A stretch of DNA of 64,000 nt from Candidatus Aenigmatarchaeota archaeon (lineage in GTDB: Archaea; Aenigmatarchaeota; Aenigmatarchaeia; CG10238-14; SpSt-28), in the NCBI GenBank assembly GCA_038997165.1, contig JAWBAK010000001.1, forward strand, positions 440,917-504,916. Direction: 5' to 3'. Below, in pieces: positions 55,131 through 64,000 of this stretch. Made by a program: the position numbers and the translations under genes. Under the pieces are notes generated by a model, which had not been told where the DNA came from, ran no database searches, and worked only from the letters and a program-made list of their open reading frames with translations. Position 1 is the stretch's first letter. Each line of letters opens with the position of its first letter.

Positions 55131-55901
55131 ATGTTAGAAAGAATATTATTAGTATTTTTAATTTTTATTTCAACTTTTTTTATTGCTATCTCTTATGATT
55201 GTCCATTACAATCCCATCCTTTATCCGAAATTTGTCCTATAGATGTTAATTTAAATATGAGAGGATTTAATATAACAAATGTTGGAGAAATTATTGTTAG
55301 TGGAAGAATTGTTGCATCGATTTTATGTATTGGTAATGATTGTAAATCTTCATGGCCTAGTATAGTTGAATCGGATCCATTTTGGTCTTTTAATATTAGT
55401 AGAATAAATATAGGATATTTAATTAAAAGAGGTGAATCTGGAATTTTTCAATCAATAATTTATGAAAAAAATGGTAAAATAGGTATTGGAACTGAAAATC
55501 CACAAGATACACTTGAAGTTATTGGTAATATAACTGCTAGTGGGATTATTAGAGCAAATAAAATATGTGTAGGAGAAAATTGTAGCGATATTCTTGGAAA
55601 CTTAAGTGGTCATGGTATAAAAAATACAATTGCTTATTGGTCTAGTGAAAATACTTTAGAATCAACTCCATTTTATGTTAATAGTAATTTTGACCTTAAT
55701 TTATCTTGGAAAAGTATTTTTAATGTTCTTTGGCTTAATTCAACTTATATATATTCTTCGGATTTGATTTATTCTTCTGGAAAAGTTGGAATATCTACAT
55801 ATCCGGAATATTCGTTAGATGTTATAGGTAATATTAGAGTTAGAATAGGATCAACTGTTTTTACTATTGAGAATACTGGAGATGTTTTAGTAGCACTATG
55901 A
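55131..55901 (+). CDS. secreted tail-fibre-like protein (VGIG repeats)
   Basis: Signal peptide; GKIGIGTENP..LEVIGNI, ICIGNDCKSSWP, GKVGIST..LDVIGNI. Confidence 0.8.
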   Translation: MLERILLVFLIFISTFFIAISYDCPLQSHPLSEICPIDVNLNMRGFNITNVGEIIVSGRIVASILCIGNDCKSSWPSIVESDPFWSFNISRINIGYLIKRGESGIFQSIIYEKNGKIGIGTENPQDTLEVIGNITASGIIRANKICVGENCSDILGNLSGHGIKNTIAYWSSENTLESTPFYVNSNFDLNLSWKSIFNVLWLNSTYIYSSDLIYSSGKVGISTYPEYSLDVIGNIRVRIGSTVFTIENTGDVLVAL

Positions 55902-57748
55902 ATAAAAAATATATATTTAATTTAAAGTATTATATTATGAAGATTAATATAGGTTTATCTCACATATTTTTAATCTTTTTAATGACTTTACTTTTTAACA
56001 CATCTTTTTCTCAAGGAAATTTTATAATAAGAAATAAAACAGATATAAACATAGTATATTTTATAGTTAACGGAACTACTGGTAGAGTTGGTATAGGATT
56101 AATAAATCCTCAATATAAATTAGATGTTAGCGGTGATGTTAGAGTTAGTGGTAACTTATTTGTAACTAGTGGAATTAATATTGGAGGTGATTTAAGTATA
56201 GGAGGAAATATAGTAATAACTTCAGGAAGAGTAGTACAAAATATAGCTAGTGTTGGAACTAATTTAATTCCTTCTAGTGATAATTCTTATGATTTAGGTA
56301 ATTCAACTCATAGATGGAGAGCTGTTTATGCAAGTGGATATTATATTGGCGCTACTCAAATAATTGATAGTTCAAGAAATATAATAAATGTTAATTGGGT
56401 TAATGCAACTAATATAAACGCAACTCAATCAATAAGAGCAAGTATTATTTATCAAGGAAACAATCAAGTTATAGATACGATAAGTGCAAATGCACCAATT
56501 ACTGTAAGTAGAAGTGGAAGTTCAGTAACTATTGGACTACAAGCAAGTGGAGTAACAGCAGGAACTTATGGATCTGCATCACAAGTACCTCAAATTCAAG
56601 TTGATGCATATGGAAGAATAACTTCTGCAAGCAATGTTAACATTGCTATTGATGCTAGCCAAATTGTTTCTGGAATAATTTCTTCTGCGAGATTAGATAG
56701 TAATATAGCTTGGTTAAATAGAACTCAAACATGGACAGCCCCTCAAACATTTAATGAAAACGTATGGTTTAATAAAAATGTTTTTATAGTCGGCAATATT
56801 TCTTATGTTAATGTTCAAAATTTAAACGTTAATGGAAGTTTCGTTCCAATAGCTACCGGAGTTTTTAGTTTAGGAAGTCCAGAATACAAGTGGAAAGATA
56901 TATATGGAATAAATATATATGGAGATAATGTTTATTCTGGAGGTAATTTGGTATTAACAAACGTAACCAATTTTGCTAATTCAGCAGATAGTGACATTAC
57001 AGTTAGTGGAACTTATAATAGCCTTAATTTACAAATAAGAGCTGGAGCTGTTGGAACAAATGAATTAGCTCAAATTTCTTGTCCTCCAAATCAGGTATTA
57101 GCTTCGATTGGTGGAGGTAGTTATACTTGTGTTGATGTAAATCCAGCAAATGTTATTAATGGTACTGGTCAGCCAGGACAAATAGCTTATTTTTCATCTA
57201 CTAATACATTAAGCGGAAGTAATCAGTTATTTTTGGATACTACGAATTGGAGAGTTGGTATAGGAACTACTTCACCAGTTAGAAAATTAGATGTGGTTGG
57301 AGATATTAATGCAACTCAAGCAATTTATTCAAGCCAAGGATATTATGTTGGCACAACTCAAATAATAACTTCTGGAAGAGTATTACAAAATATAGCTAAT
57401 GTTGGAACCCATTTAATTCCTTCTAGTGATAATGCTTTTGATTTAGGTAGTTTAACTAATAGATGGAGATGGGTTAATGCAACTAATATAAATGCAACTC
57501 AATCAATAAGAGCTTCTCAAATTTGTATAGGAAATGATTGTAGAAGTGCATGGCCAACTTTAGTAGAAACTGATCCATATTGGAATTCAAATATAACTGC
57601 TATTTCAGCTAATTATTTAATTAAAAGAAGTCCAACCGGTATAGCTCAATCGATAATTTACGATGATGGAGCTAAAGTAGGAATTGGAACAAATTCTCCA
57701 GCTGGTTTATTGCATATTAGAGGAGGAGATATAATAATAGAAGTGTAA
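55898..57748 (+). CDS. secreted tail-fibre-like adhesin 1 (616 aa)
   Basis: Signal peptide; three VGIG repeats, LIPSSDN..DLG...RW repeats, phage-fibre-like TAGTYG...VDAYGRITSA segment; many sequons. Confidence 0.85.
   Translation: MNKKYIFNLKYYIMKINIGLSHIFLIFLMTLLFNTSFSQGNFIIRNKTDINIVYFIVNGTTGRVGIGLINPQYKLDVSGDVRVSGNLFVTSGINIGGDLSIGGNIVITSGRVVQNIASVGTNLIPSSDNSYDLGNSTHRWRAVYASGYYIGATQIIDSSRNIINVNWVNATNINATQSIRASIIYQGNNQVIDTISANAPITVSRSGSSVTIGLQASGVTAGTYGSASQVPQIQVDAYGRITSASNVNIAIDASQIVSGIISSARLDSNIAWLNRTQTWTAPQTFNENVWFNKNVFIVGNISYVNVQNLNVNGSFVPIATGVFSLGSPEYKWKDIYGINIYGDNVYSGGNLVLTNVTNFANSADSDITVSGTYNSLNLQIRAGAVGTNELAQISCPPNQVLASIGGGSYTCVDVNPANVINGTGQPGQIAYFSSTNTLSGSNQLFLDTTNWRVGIGTTSPVRKLDVVGDINATQAIYSSQGYYVGTTQIITSGRVLQNIANVGTHLIPSSDNAFDLGSLTNRWRWVNATNINATQSIRASQICIGNDCRSAWPTLVETDPYWNSNITAISANYLIKRSPTGIAQSIIYDDGAKVGIGTNSPAGLLHIRGGDIIIEV
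56057..56233 (+). repeat. module A, 177-bp direct repeat (second copy 57934-58110)
   Basis: Identical by manual comparison. Confidence 0.93.
56235..56371 (+). repeat. module B, 137-bp direct repeat (second copy 59225-59361)
   Basis: Identical by manual comparison. Confidence 0.93.
57260..57398 (+). repeat. module C, 139-bp direct repeat (second copy 59101-59239)
   Basis: Four mismatches seen (g/a; aac/cta). Confidence 0.92.
57400..57664 (+). repeat. module D, 265-bp direct repeat (second copy 58128-58392)
   Basis: Identical by manual comparison. Confidence 0.93.
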
Positions 57749-57801
57749 ATAAATAAAATATAAGTTTAAAATTAAAAAATATTAAAAAGAAAAGATATTT
57801 T

Positions 57802-60453
57802 ATGAAAACAAAAAATTTTTATATTGTTTTGTTTTTGATATTTATTTTTATTAATATTTATAAACTAGACTTGGTTAGTTCTCAAGTATATAAAGATTTT
57901 ATAATTAGAAATATTTCTAATACTTCTACTGTTTATTTTATAGTTAACGGAACTACTGGTAGAGTTGGTATAGGATTAATAAATCCTCAATATAAATTAG
58001 ATGTTAGCGGTGATGTTAGAGTTAGTGGTAACTTATTTGTAACTAGTGGAATTAATATTGGAGGTGATTTAAGTATAGGAGGAAATATAGTAATAACTTC
58101 AGGAAGAGTATTGCAAAATATAGCTAGTGTTGGAACCCATTTAATTCCTTCTAGTGATAATGCTTTTGATTTAGGTAGTTTAACTAATAGATGGAGATGG
58201 GTTAATGCAACTAATATAAATGCAACTCAATCAATAAGAGCTTCTCAAATTTGTATAGGAAATGATTGTAGAAGTGCATGGCCAACTTTAGTAGAAACTG
58301 ATCCATATTGGAATTCAAATATAACTGCTATTTCAGCTAATTATTTAATTAAAAGAAGTCCAACCGGTATAGCTCAATCGATAATTTACGATACAGGAAC
58401 AAATGTTGGAATTGGAACAACTTCACCAAGCTATAAATTAGATGTAGTTGGAGATATAAGAAGTACAGGAAGTGTGATAACTTCAATTGTAAAAGCAGAG
58501 GCTCCTTATACTTACGTGGGACAGGCAGATAATCTATTAGGAGTGGCTAGACTTATGCCTAATGCTTTCGGTTTTAATCCACCTTATAAAGTTGAAGAAT
58601 ATAACCCAGGAAGTGGTACGTGGAACGACATAACCCAAAATTACACTTGGGGATATATCACAGATTTAAGGGGAACAGAAGTGGCAATTCCATTGGCAGC
58701 TAATGTAGATAAGACTATTAGATTTTACTTTAATATAGGAGGCTGGAGTGGGGGAGATCTAACTGCCATTGTATTATATGCAAGATGGATAAACAGCCTA
58801 AAACAAGTAAAGGTTGAATCTTCGACAACTTCAGATTTCTCAAGTGGAGTAACCACAAGATTAGATTGGAACGGAAATATAGGACATTGGGATGAGGTAA
58901 CTCTTTGGCGCTTGACAAGTAGAACTGGCGGTGATACTTATATTAGAGTCACTTTCACTTTTATGAGAACAAGTGATGGAGAAATAAGGATAAGGGAGCT
59001 AATGGGATTAAGTTATGCGGCTGTCGGTAGAATATTTGAAGGATATGTTCCATATAGTTGGGATCACAATAAAAATGTTTTCTTTTTGGGTAATGTTGGA
59101 ATAGGAACTACTTCACCAGTTAGAAAATTAGATGTAGTTGGAGATATTAATGCAACTCAAGCAATTTATTCAAGCCAAGGATATTATGTTGGCACCTATC
59201 AAATAATAACTTCTGGAAGAGTATTACAAAATATAGCTAGTGTTGGAACTAATTTAATTCCTTCTAGTGATAATTCTTATGATTTAGGTAATTCAACTCA
59301 TAGATGGAGAGCTGTTTATGCAAGTGGATATTATATTGGCGCTACTCAAATAATTGATAGTAATAGAAATTTGGTTAATATTAATCAAATTATTGCTGAT
59401 GGTCCAATGAACATAGATAGTGGAACTTTATATGTAGATTCGGCTAATGATAGAGTTGGAATTGGAACGGCAAGTCCAACAGCAAAACTAGACGTAAGAG
59501 GAAATATTATTCTTATTTCTCCCGATAGTGGAATATATGCATATGAAATGAGAAGAACAGATGAGGATAATAATTTACATTGGTGGAGAATATGGCATAT
59601 GAACAATAATTATAGAAAGAATGCACTAGAAATTTGGGAGTATTTAGCTAATACCTCTTATGATTCAAACCCGTGTAATAATAATCCTGGAGATATATGC
59701 GCTCCTCGAATTATTATTACTAGTGGAGGTAACGTTGGAATAGGAGGTATAGTTCCAAGCTATAGATTAGATGTAGCAGGAGATATAAGAGGTCAAAATA
59801 ATTTGTATGTTTCTGGAAATGTTGGTATTGGAACAACAAATCCACAAGGAAAATTACATGTTTATGATGGAACAAAAGAGTTGATGAAAGTTGTTAATGA
59901 TGCTGATGTTAGTGGTATTGTTGTTGGTAGTGCTGAGGGGGGAAGACATTTAATAATTAATGATGTTCCTCAAGCACGATGGGCTTTAGCTACTGGTGAT
60001 TATGATTTGTCTTTTCAGAATGATTATGGTGGAATATGGAATACAAGAATGATAATTACTGAAAGTGGTAATGTTGGTATAGGAACTACAGCACCTAATA
60101 CGTTACTTCATCTTTACAAAACTGATGGAGTTGAATTAAGAACGGAGAGTGATTGGAATTATGCAATTTTTAGAGTAAAAGTTGGTAGTAATATGGGATG
60201 GTTTGGACGAGGTATTGGATGGAGTGGAATAGGATTATATAATGATCAAGGAGGAGGTATTTTATATCTTGCAGATATAACAGGCAATGTTGGTATTGGG
60301 ACTCTTTCTCCATCAGAAAAATTACATGTTATGGGAAATATAAGAACTTCTGGAAATATAACTATTGAAGGTAATTTTATAAAGGATTCTTCCAATATAA
60401 ACAGAATCCAGTTTGATGCTATAAATAGAAATGTAATAATTTGGGTTGGTTAA
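57802..60453 (+). CDS. secreted tail-fibre-like adhesin 2 (883 aa)
   Basis: Signal peptide; eight xxVGIG(T)..P..(K/R)L(D/H)V repeats separating unique domains. Confidence 0.85.
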   Translation: MKTKNFYIVLFLIFIFINIYKLDLVSSQVYKDFIIRNISNTSTVYFIVNGTTGRVGIGLINPQYKLDVSGDVRVSGNLFVTSGINIGGDLSIGGNIVITSGRVLQNIASVGTHLIPSSDNAFDLGSLTNRWRWVNATNINATQSIRASQICIGNDCRSAWPTLVETDPYWNSNITAISANYLIKRSPTGIAQSIIYDTGTNVGIGTTSPSYKLDVVGDIRSTGSVITSIVKAEAPYTYVGQADNLLGVARLMPNAFGFNPPYKVEEYNPGSGTWNDITQNYTWGYITDLRGTEVAIPLAANVDKTIRFYFNIGGWSGGDLTAIVLYARWINSLKQVKVESSTTSDFSSGVTTRLDWNGNIGHWDEVTLWRLTSRTGGDTYIRVTFTFMRTSDGEIRIRELMGLSYAAVGRIFEGYVPYSWDHNKNVFFLGNVGIGTTSPVRKLDVVGDINATQAIYSSQGYYVGTYQIITSGRVLQNIASVGTNLIPSSDNSYDLGNSTHRWRAVYASGYYIGATQIIDSNRNLVNINQIIADGPMNIDSGTLYVDSANDRVGIGTASPTAKLDVRGNIILISPDSGIYAYEMRRTDEDNNLHWWRIWHMNNNYRKNALEIWEYLANTSYDSNPCNNNPGDICAPRIIITSGGNVGIGGIVPSYRLDVAGDIRGQNNLYVSGNVGIGTTNPQGKLHVYDGTKELMKVVNDADVSGIVVGSAEGGRHLIINDVPQARWALATGDYDLSFQNDYGGIWNTRMIITESGNVGIGTTAPNTLLHLYKTDGVELRTESDWNYAIFRVKVGSNMGWFGRGIGWSGIGLYNDQGGGILYLADITGNVGIGTLSPSEKLHVMGNIRTSGNITIEGNFIKDSSNINRIQFDAINRNVIIWVG

Positions 60454-60454
60454 A

Positions 60455-61726
60455 ATGTTAGGTAAAAAATTTATTATTATAATAGTTATTTTTGCGACTT
60501 TTTCATTAGTATATTTAAATTTATTTACAACATCTATCGAATCTTTTTTACTAATAAAAAATGATAATAAAAAAATTTTAAATGAAAAAATAAATAGTAA
60601 TTTAAGTTATTTTCAGGATTTAAAAACTATTGTTTTTTCAGATTTAGATCCAATATTTTGTAATATTAATTTTAATCCTCCATGGTTTGTTGTATATAAT
60701 AATGATGGTGGCTACTTAATTATTATAAGTTCGGAAGGAAATTTATTCATTAATACAACTTCTAATCTTATTATAACATCTTCTGTTAGACAAACTGGAT
60801 GGCTAAATGCATTTATTTTAAGAAATTCTTCTCATATTCTTTTTGCAGCTAATAGAACTCACACTCAAATTTATGGTGGATTTGTAGAAAATGTAAATCC
60901 AATACCAACTACAAATAGTTTTGTAGTGAGAAATCTTTCTAATAATGTTGTTTTAGCTATTTTTAATTCTTCAGATGGAAAATTTTATTTAAGAGGAAAA
61001 GCAGTATATACTGGAAGTCAAGCTGGATGTCCCTCTGATGGTTGGTATTGTTCAGGAGATATTCGTGAATATAGAGATTATTATTGTTATGCTCCTTCTG
61101 GTTCTTGTAGATATACTGTAACTCAATCTGAAAATTGTAATAATTATGATGTTTGTCTTAATTATGGAAATAATGCGGGCTGTGGCTCAGATCCCACTGC
61201 AGAAAAAAGAGATTATTATTGTTCTAATGGTGCTTGTGTATATACTTATTCTAGTGTAAATTGTGATAGCTATGATATTTGTACAAATGTATGTGGTGGT
61301 GACAATAAGATATATTCTTATAAAGATTATTATGTCTCTTCTTCTTGTACTTGTACTTATTCTTTAGGATCCTTAGTAGAAGATTGTACAACAAAAGCAT
61401 CTACTGATACAGATGGAGGAGATGCTCCATTTACTCAAGGAACTGTAACAGATTATGTAGGTTGTAGTGGAACAAGCTCAACTTGTAATGTTTATAATAC
61501 TTATACGGATTATTGTTCTAGTAGTACAACTTTAGTAGAATATTATCCGAGCGGTAGTAGTTATGGAAGTAAAACGTATGATTGCTCTGTATTTTGGACT
61601 TGTGATATTTGTTATGGGCAACAAGGTTTGCGATATGCTTGTTATGCATGTATTACAGGAAAATGTGCTGGTGGATGTAGTAATTCACCAGTTTCTGGTT
61701 ATACGTGTATAAATTGTGTAATATAA
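60455..61726 (+). CDS. exported protein with beta-rich N-domain and Cys/Tyr/Ser-rich C-terminal repeats
   Basis: ATG 60455, MLGKKFIIIIVIF; F(I/V)(L/V)RN repeats; (R/K)DYY(C/V) x3, DTDGG..TQGTV..TDYC..LVEYY. Confidence 0.82.
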   Translation: MLGKKFIIIIVIFATFSLVYLNLFTTSIESFLLIKNDNKKILNEKINSNLSYFQDLKTIVFSDLDPIFCNINFNPPWFVVYNNDGGYLIIISSEGNLFINTTSNLIITSSVRQTGWLNAFILRNSSHILFAANRTHTQIYGGFVENVNPIPTTNSFVVRNLSNNVVLAIFNSSDGKFYLRGKAVYTGSQAGCPSDGWYCSGDIREYRDYYCYAPSGSCRYTVTQSENCNNYDVCLNYGNNAGCGSDPTAEKRDYYCSNGACVYTYSSVNCDSYDICTNVCGGDNKIYSYKDYYVSSSCTCTYSLGSLVEDCTTKASTDTDGGDAPFTQGTVTDYVGCSGTSSTCNVYNTYTDYCSSSTTLVEYYPSGSSYGSKTYDCSVFWTCDICYGQQGLRYACYACITGKCAGGCSNSPVSGYTCINCVI

Positions 61727-62269
61727 ATTTGTTTAGATTATAATAAAATAAAATACTTTGTTTATTAATTTTGATAAAATTTTTAAAACAAATTTTTAAA
61801 ATTTAAATATATTTTACAAGCTAATATATAGTTACATTCTCGTTTTAAAGAAAAATCATTTATAATCACAACTAAATTTATTAATACAACTTTAATTTTT
61901 TATTGTAAATAACATTAATGAATTCTAAATTCTTTTTTCTTTAAAACTTTACTTTCTCTCATCAATTTTCTGCTTTAATTTTTTAGTTCAAAAGCAATCT
62001 ATGTAATCTAAATTGGTAGCAATTTTCTTTACTTAAACATTAGATTTTATTGCTACTATCTAACGTCTAAAGTTAAACAATTATTTCGAAACAAGTTCTC
62101 TAAATTGTACTTCAATAAATAATTAAAAAGATAAAAGGTATAGAAAAGGAAAAGTTAAGTAAACTTAACTTTATTTTTCTAAAAAGTTTCTATCCTTACA
62201 AAAAATCTAGAAAGATAATATTGCATATAATAATTTAATAATTTAGACTATTCAAAAATTAACATAATA

Positions 62270-62686
62270 TTCATAAACTCAAAAAAGAGCAAGCCAAATA
62301 GAAGCAAACTTATCAGAAATGAAAAACTTAGATAATGATTTATCAAAAATTGCTTTATTGCTAGTAAAAACAAGTAAAGAAAATATCAAGCAATTCAAAA
62401 CTTTATGCTAATAAATGATAGCACAACAATGACATACGAAATATCAGTTTATTTATTAAACGATGATATTAAATATTTTAAAAAACAAAGAATTTACTTT
62501 TTTGAAAATTATAGAACACCGATTACTGGACACATAGATATTTTACAGATAAGAAATGGTTTAATTCACATTTTAGATTATAAGCCAAATGCTGAAAAAG
62601 TAAATGCAATTAATCAATTAACAATTTACGCTTTGGCCTTAGCAAGCAGAACAAAACTTGCCGTTAAAGATTTTAAATGTGCTTGA
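62270..62686 (+). pseudogene. decayed PD-(D/E)XK nuclease-domain gene fragment
   Basis: TGHIDILQIR..ILDYKP..QL.IYALAL motif; upstream continuation (RASQI..IALLLVKT) lies in another frame; early TGA after DFKCA. Confidence 0.6.
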
Positions 62687-62881
62687 GTTAATCCAATAGA
62701 AAATTTTCATCACAATTGAAAAAAGTATCTCAACAGAAGGTTAACTTGTTAAAAATAACAAAGCTAAAGAGACAATTGACTGATAAGCTTGCTGAAAATT
62801 TCAAAATGCTGGGTTTGATGATAAAATTTGTTTTGAATTTTTTTTCCTTTACATGCCGTTTTAACTTTATTTTGATAGCGT

Positions 62882-64000
62882 TTAATCTTGTTTTAACAAC
62901 CATTTCCATAAAGGTATGCATTTAATTTTTTTGTTTTCAAAATTTAACTCATCTTCATAATCCCAAGTAATTATTAATAAATCTTCGCATTTTAATAATT
63001 CACTTGCTTTAATTAATGCCCTTATTTCTCTTTTTTCTATTTCATCTTTATTAGATGCATATGTTACTTGAATTAATTGCTTAATCTTTAACCCTTCTTT
63101 AATTACAAAATCTACTTCATACTCATTAGTTTTAAAATAATATATTTTGCTTAGTGGTCTATAGTTCGTGCTTCTGAGTAATTCTAAGTAAACTGTATTT
63201 TCCATCTTTTTTCCAAAATCTTTTTCAAATCTAACTAAATTAGATAAACCTAAATCACAAATATAAATTTTGTTTGGCCAGCTTTTTCTTTCATATAAAC
63301 TTTTTCTAAATTTTTCTACACAAAAGCAAAAAAATATATCGGAAATTTTATCGAAATAATTATAAATAGTCGATTTTGTTTCAACTTTTAGGTTTGAAGT
63401 TACATAGTTAGCTATTTTCCTTATACTAATCTCTTTTGAAAAATTTTGAAGAATAAATTCAAAAATTAAAGATGCCACATTTATACTTTTTATACCAAAC
63501 CTTTCAACAAAATCTCTATAGAAAATTAAATCGAAATATTCTTTAAGAAGTTTTTCTTTTTTCTCAAAAAATAATACAACTTCTGGATATCCACCCCATT
63601 CTAAGAATTCTTCTAAAAGTTTCTTTATTTTTATTTCCTCATCTAGAGAAATAAATTGCTTTATTTGTATTTCTTTAAACTTTAAAAATTCTCTAAAGCT
63701 TAATGGTAATAAAATATAGCTTAGGCTTCTTCCTCTAAGTTGCGTTGCAATTTCCTTAGAAAGCAGTTTTGAAGAAGAACCTGAAATAAAAACATAATAT
63801 CCCATATCAAGTAGTGATCGAACTAAGGATTCCCAACTATTAATTACTTGAATTTCATCCAAAAAAATATTTTTAACCTTTTCATTAAAATAATTTTCAT
63901 AAATTCTCACTATTTTTAAAATTTCTTCTGGAGTAACATTTCTGAATGCAATATTTTCAAAATCGAAATAAATACTTTCACTTTCCTTAGAAAATAGTTT
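62882..64000 (-). CDS. AAA+ ATPase with DUF4143 domain (COG1373-like), 5'-truncated by window edge
   Basis: Frame open to 64000; FLDEIQ, SGSSSKLL, LRGR, PLSFREF, GGYPE, KIYICDLGL, YEVDFV, IPLWKWLL. Confidence 0.92.
   Translation of the reverse strand, partial: KLFSKESESIYFDFENIAFRNVTPEEILKIVRIYENYFNEKVKNIFLDEIQVINSWESLVRSLLDMGYYVFISGSSSKLLSKEIATQLRGRSLSYILLPLSFREFLKFKEIQIKQFISLDEEIKIKKLLEEFLEWGGYPEVVLFFEKKEKLLKEYFDLIFYRDFVERFGIKSINVASLIFEFILQNFSKEISIRKIANYVTSNLKVETKSTIYNYFDKISDIFFCFCVEKFRKSLYERKSWPNKIYICDLGLSNLVRFEKDFGKKMENTVYLELLRSTNYRPLSKIYYFKTNEYEVDFVIKEGLKIKQLIQVTYASNKDEIEKREIRALIKASELLKCEDLLIITWDYEDELNFENKKIKCIPLWKWLLKQD

Noticed and set aside
57260..59239. Diversity-generating retroelement TR/VR pair in the adhesin repeats
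   Set aside because: Only four mismatches, not confined to adenines of one copy; both copies are internal coding sequence; no reverse transcriptase in the window.
56057..59361. Inversion shufflon driven by the integrase at 47399-48196
   Set aside because: All repeats are direct, there are no inverted cassettes, and the recombinase is about 8 kb away with no evidence linking it.
51022..61726. Provirus integrated at tRNA-Leu
   Set aside because: No capsid, terminase, portal or replication genes and no duplicated att seen; the fibre-like proteins carry signal peptides.
62684..62686. TGA-to-Trp recoding suggested by the stop after DFKCA
   Set aside because: TGA is the normal stop in many ATGA overlaps and Trp is TGG in conserved genes; a nonsense mutation in a pseudogene is simpler.
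62716..62925. ORFs 62716-62925 (+) and 62730-62921 (-), and 2751-2948 (+)
   Set aside because: Short, overlap real genes, no recognisable motifs.

Overview
A very AT-rich, gene-dense archaeal chromosome segment. The organism is probably a (hyper)thermophilic DPANN-type small-genome archaeon, plausibly Aenigmarchaeota-like; this is inferred from gene content and divergence, not from a database search. About 1-49 kb is core informational machinery: DNA ligase, TIP49, the exosome/SBDS/proteasome operon, aIF2-gamma, TmcA, ABCE1, intein-containing PEP synthase, reverse gyrase, GINS, SecY, fragmented ribosomal-protein operons, RNA polymerase and aIF6. It also holds a secretion/pilus ATPase locus and an orphan tyrosine recombinase. 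RNA genes are tRNA-Arg(TCG), intron-containing tRNA-Glu(TTC), tRNA-Leu(GAG) and a stand-alone 16S rRNA. 51-62 kb is a surface-protein island of pilin-like genes followed by tail-fibre-like adhesins. Four observations stand out. (1) Two adjacent adhesin genes are built from identical DNA modules joined at a 71-bp hinge in all four 2x2 combinations (A-B..C-D / A-D..C-B). (2) RNA polymerase B' and A' are fused in one ORF. (3) The translation apparatus looks remodelled: the 16S lacks the anti-Shine-Dalgarno tail and its termini sit in a perfect BHB processing stem, G527A/C1400U/A1499C changes accompany altered uS12 decoding loops, and aIF2-gamma has a eukaryote-type P-loop. (4) Three pilin-like genes have Leu at the prepilin-peptidase -1 position. 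No CRISPR array was seen.
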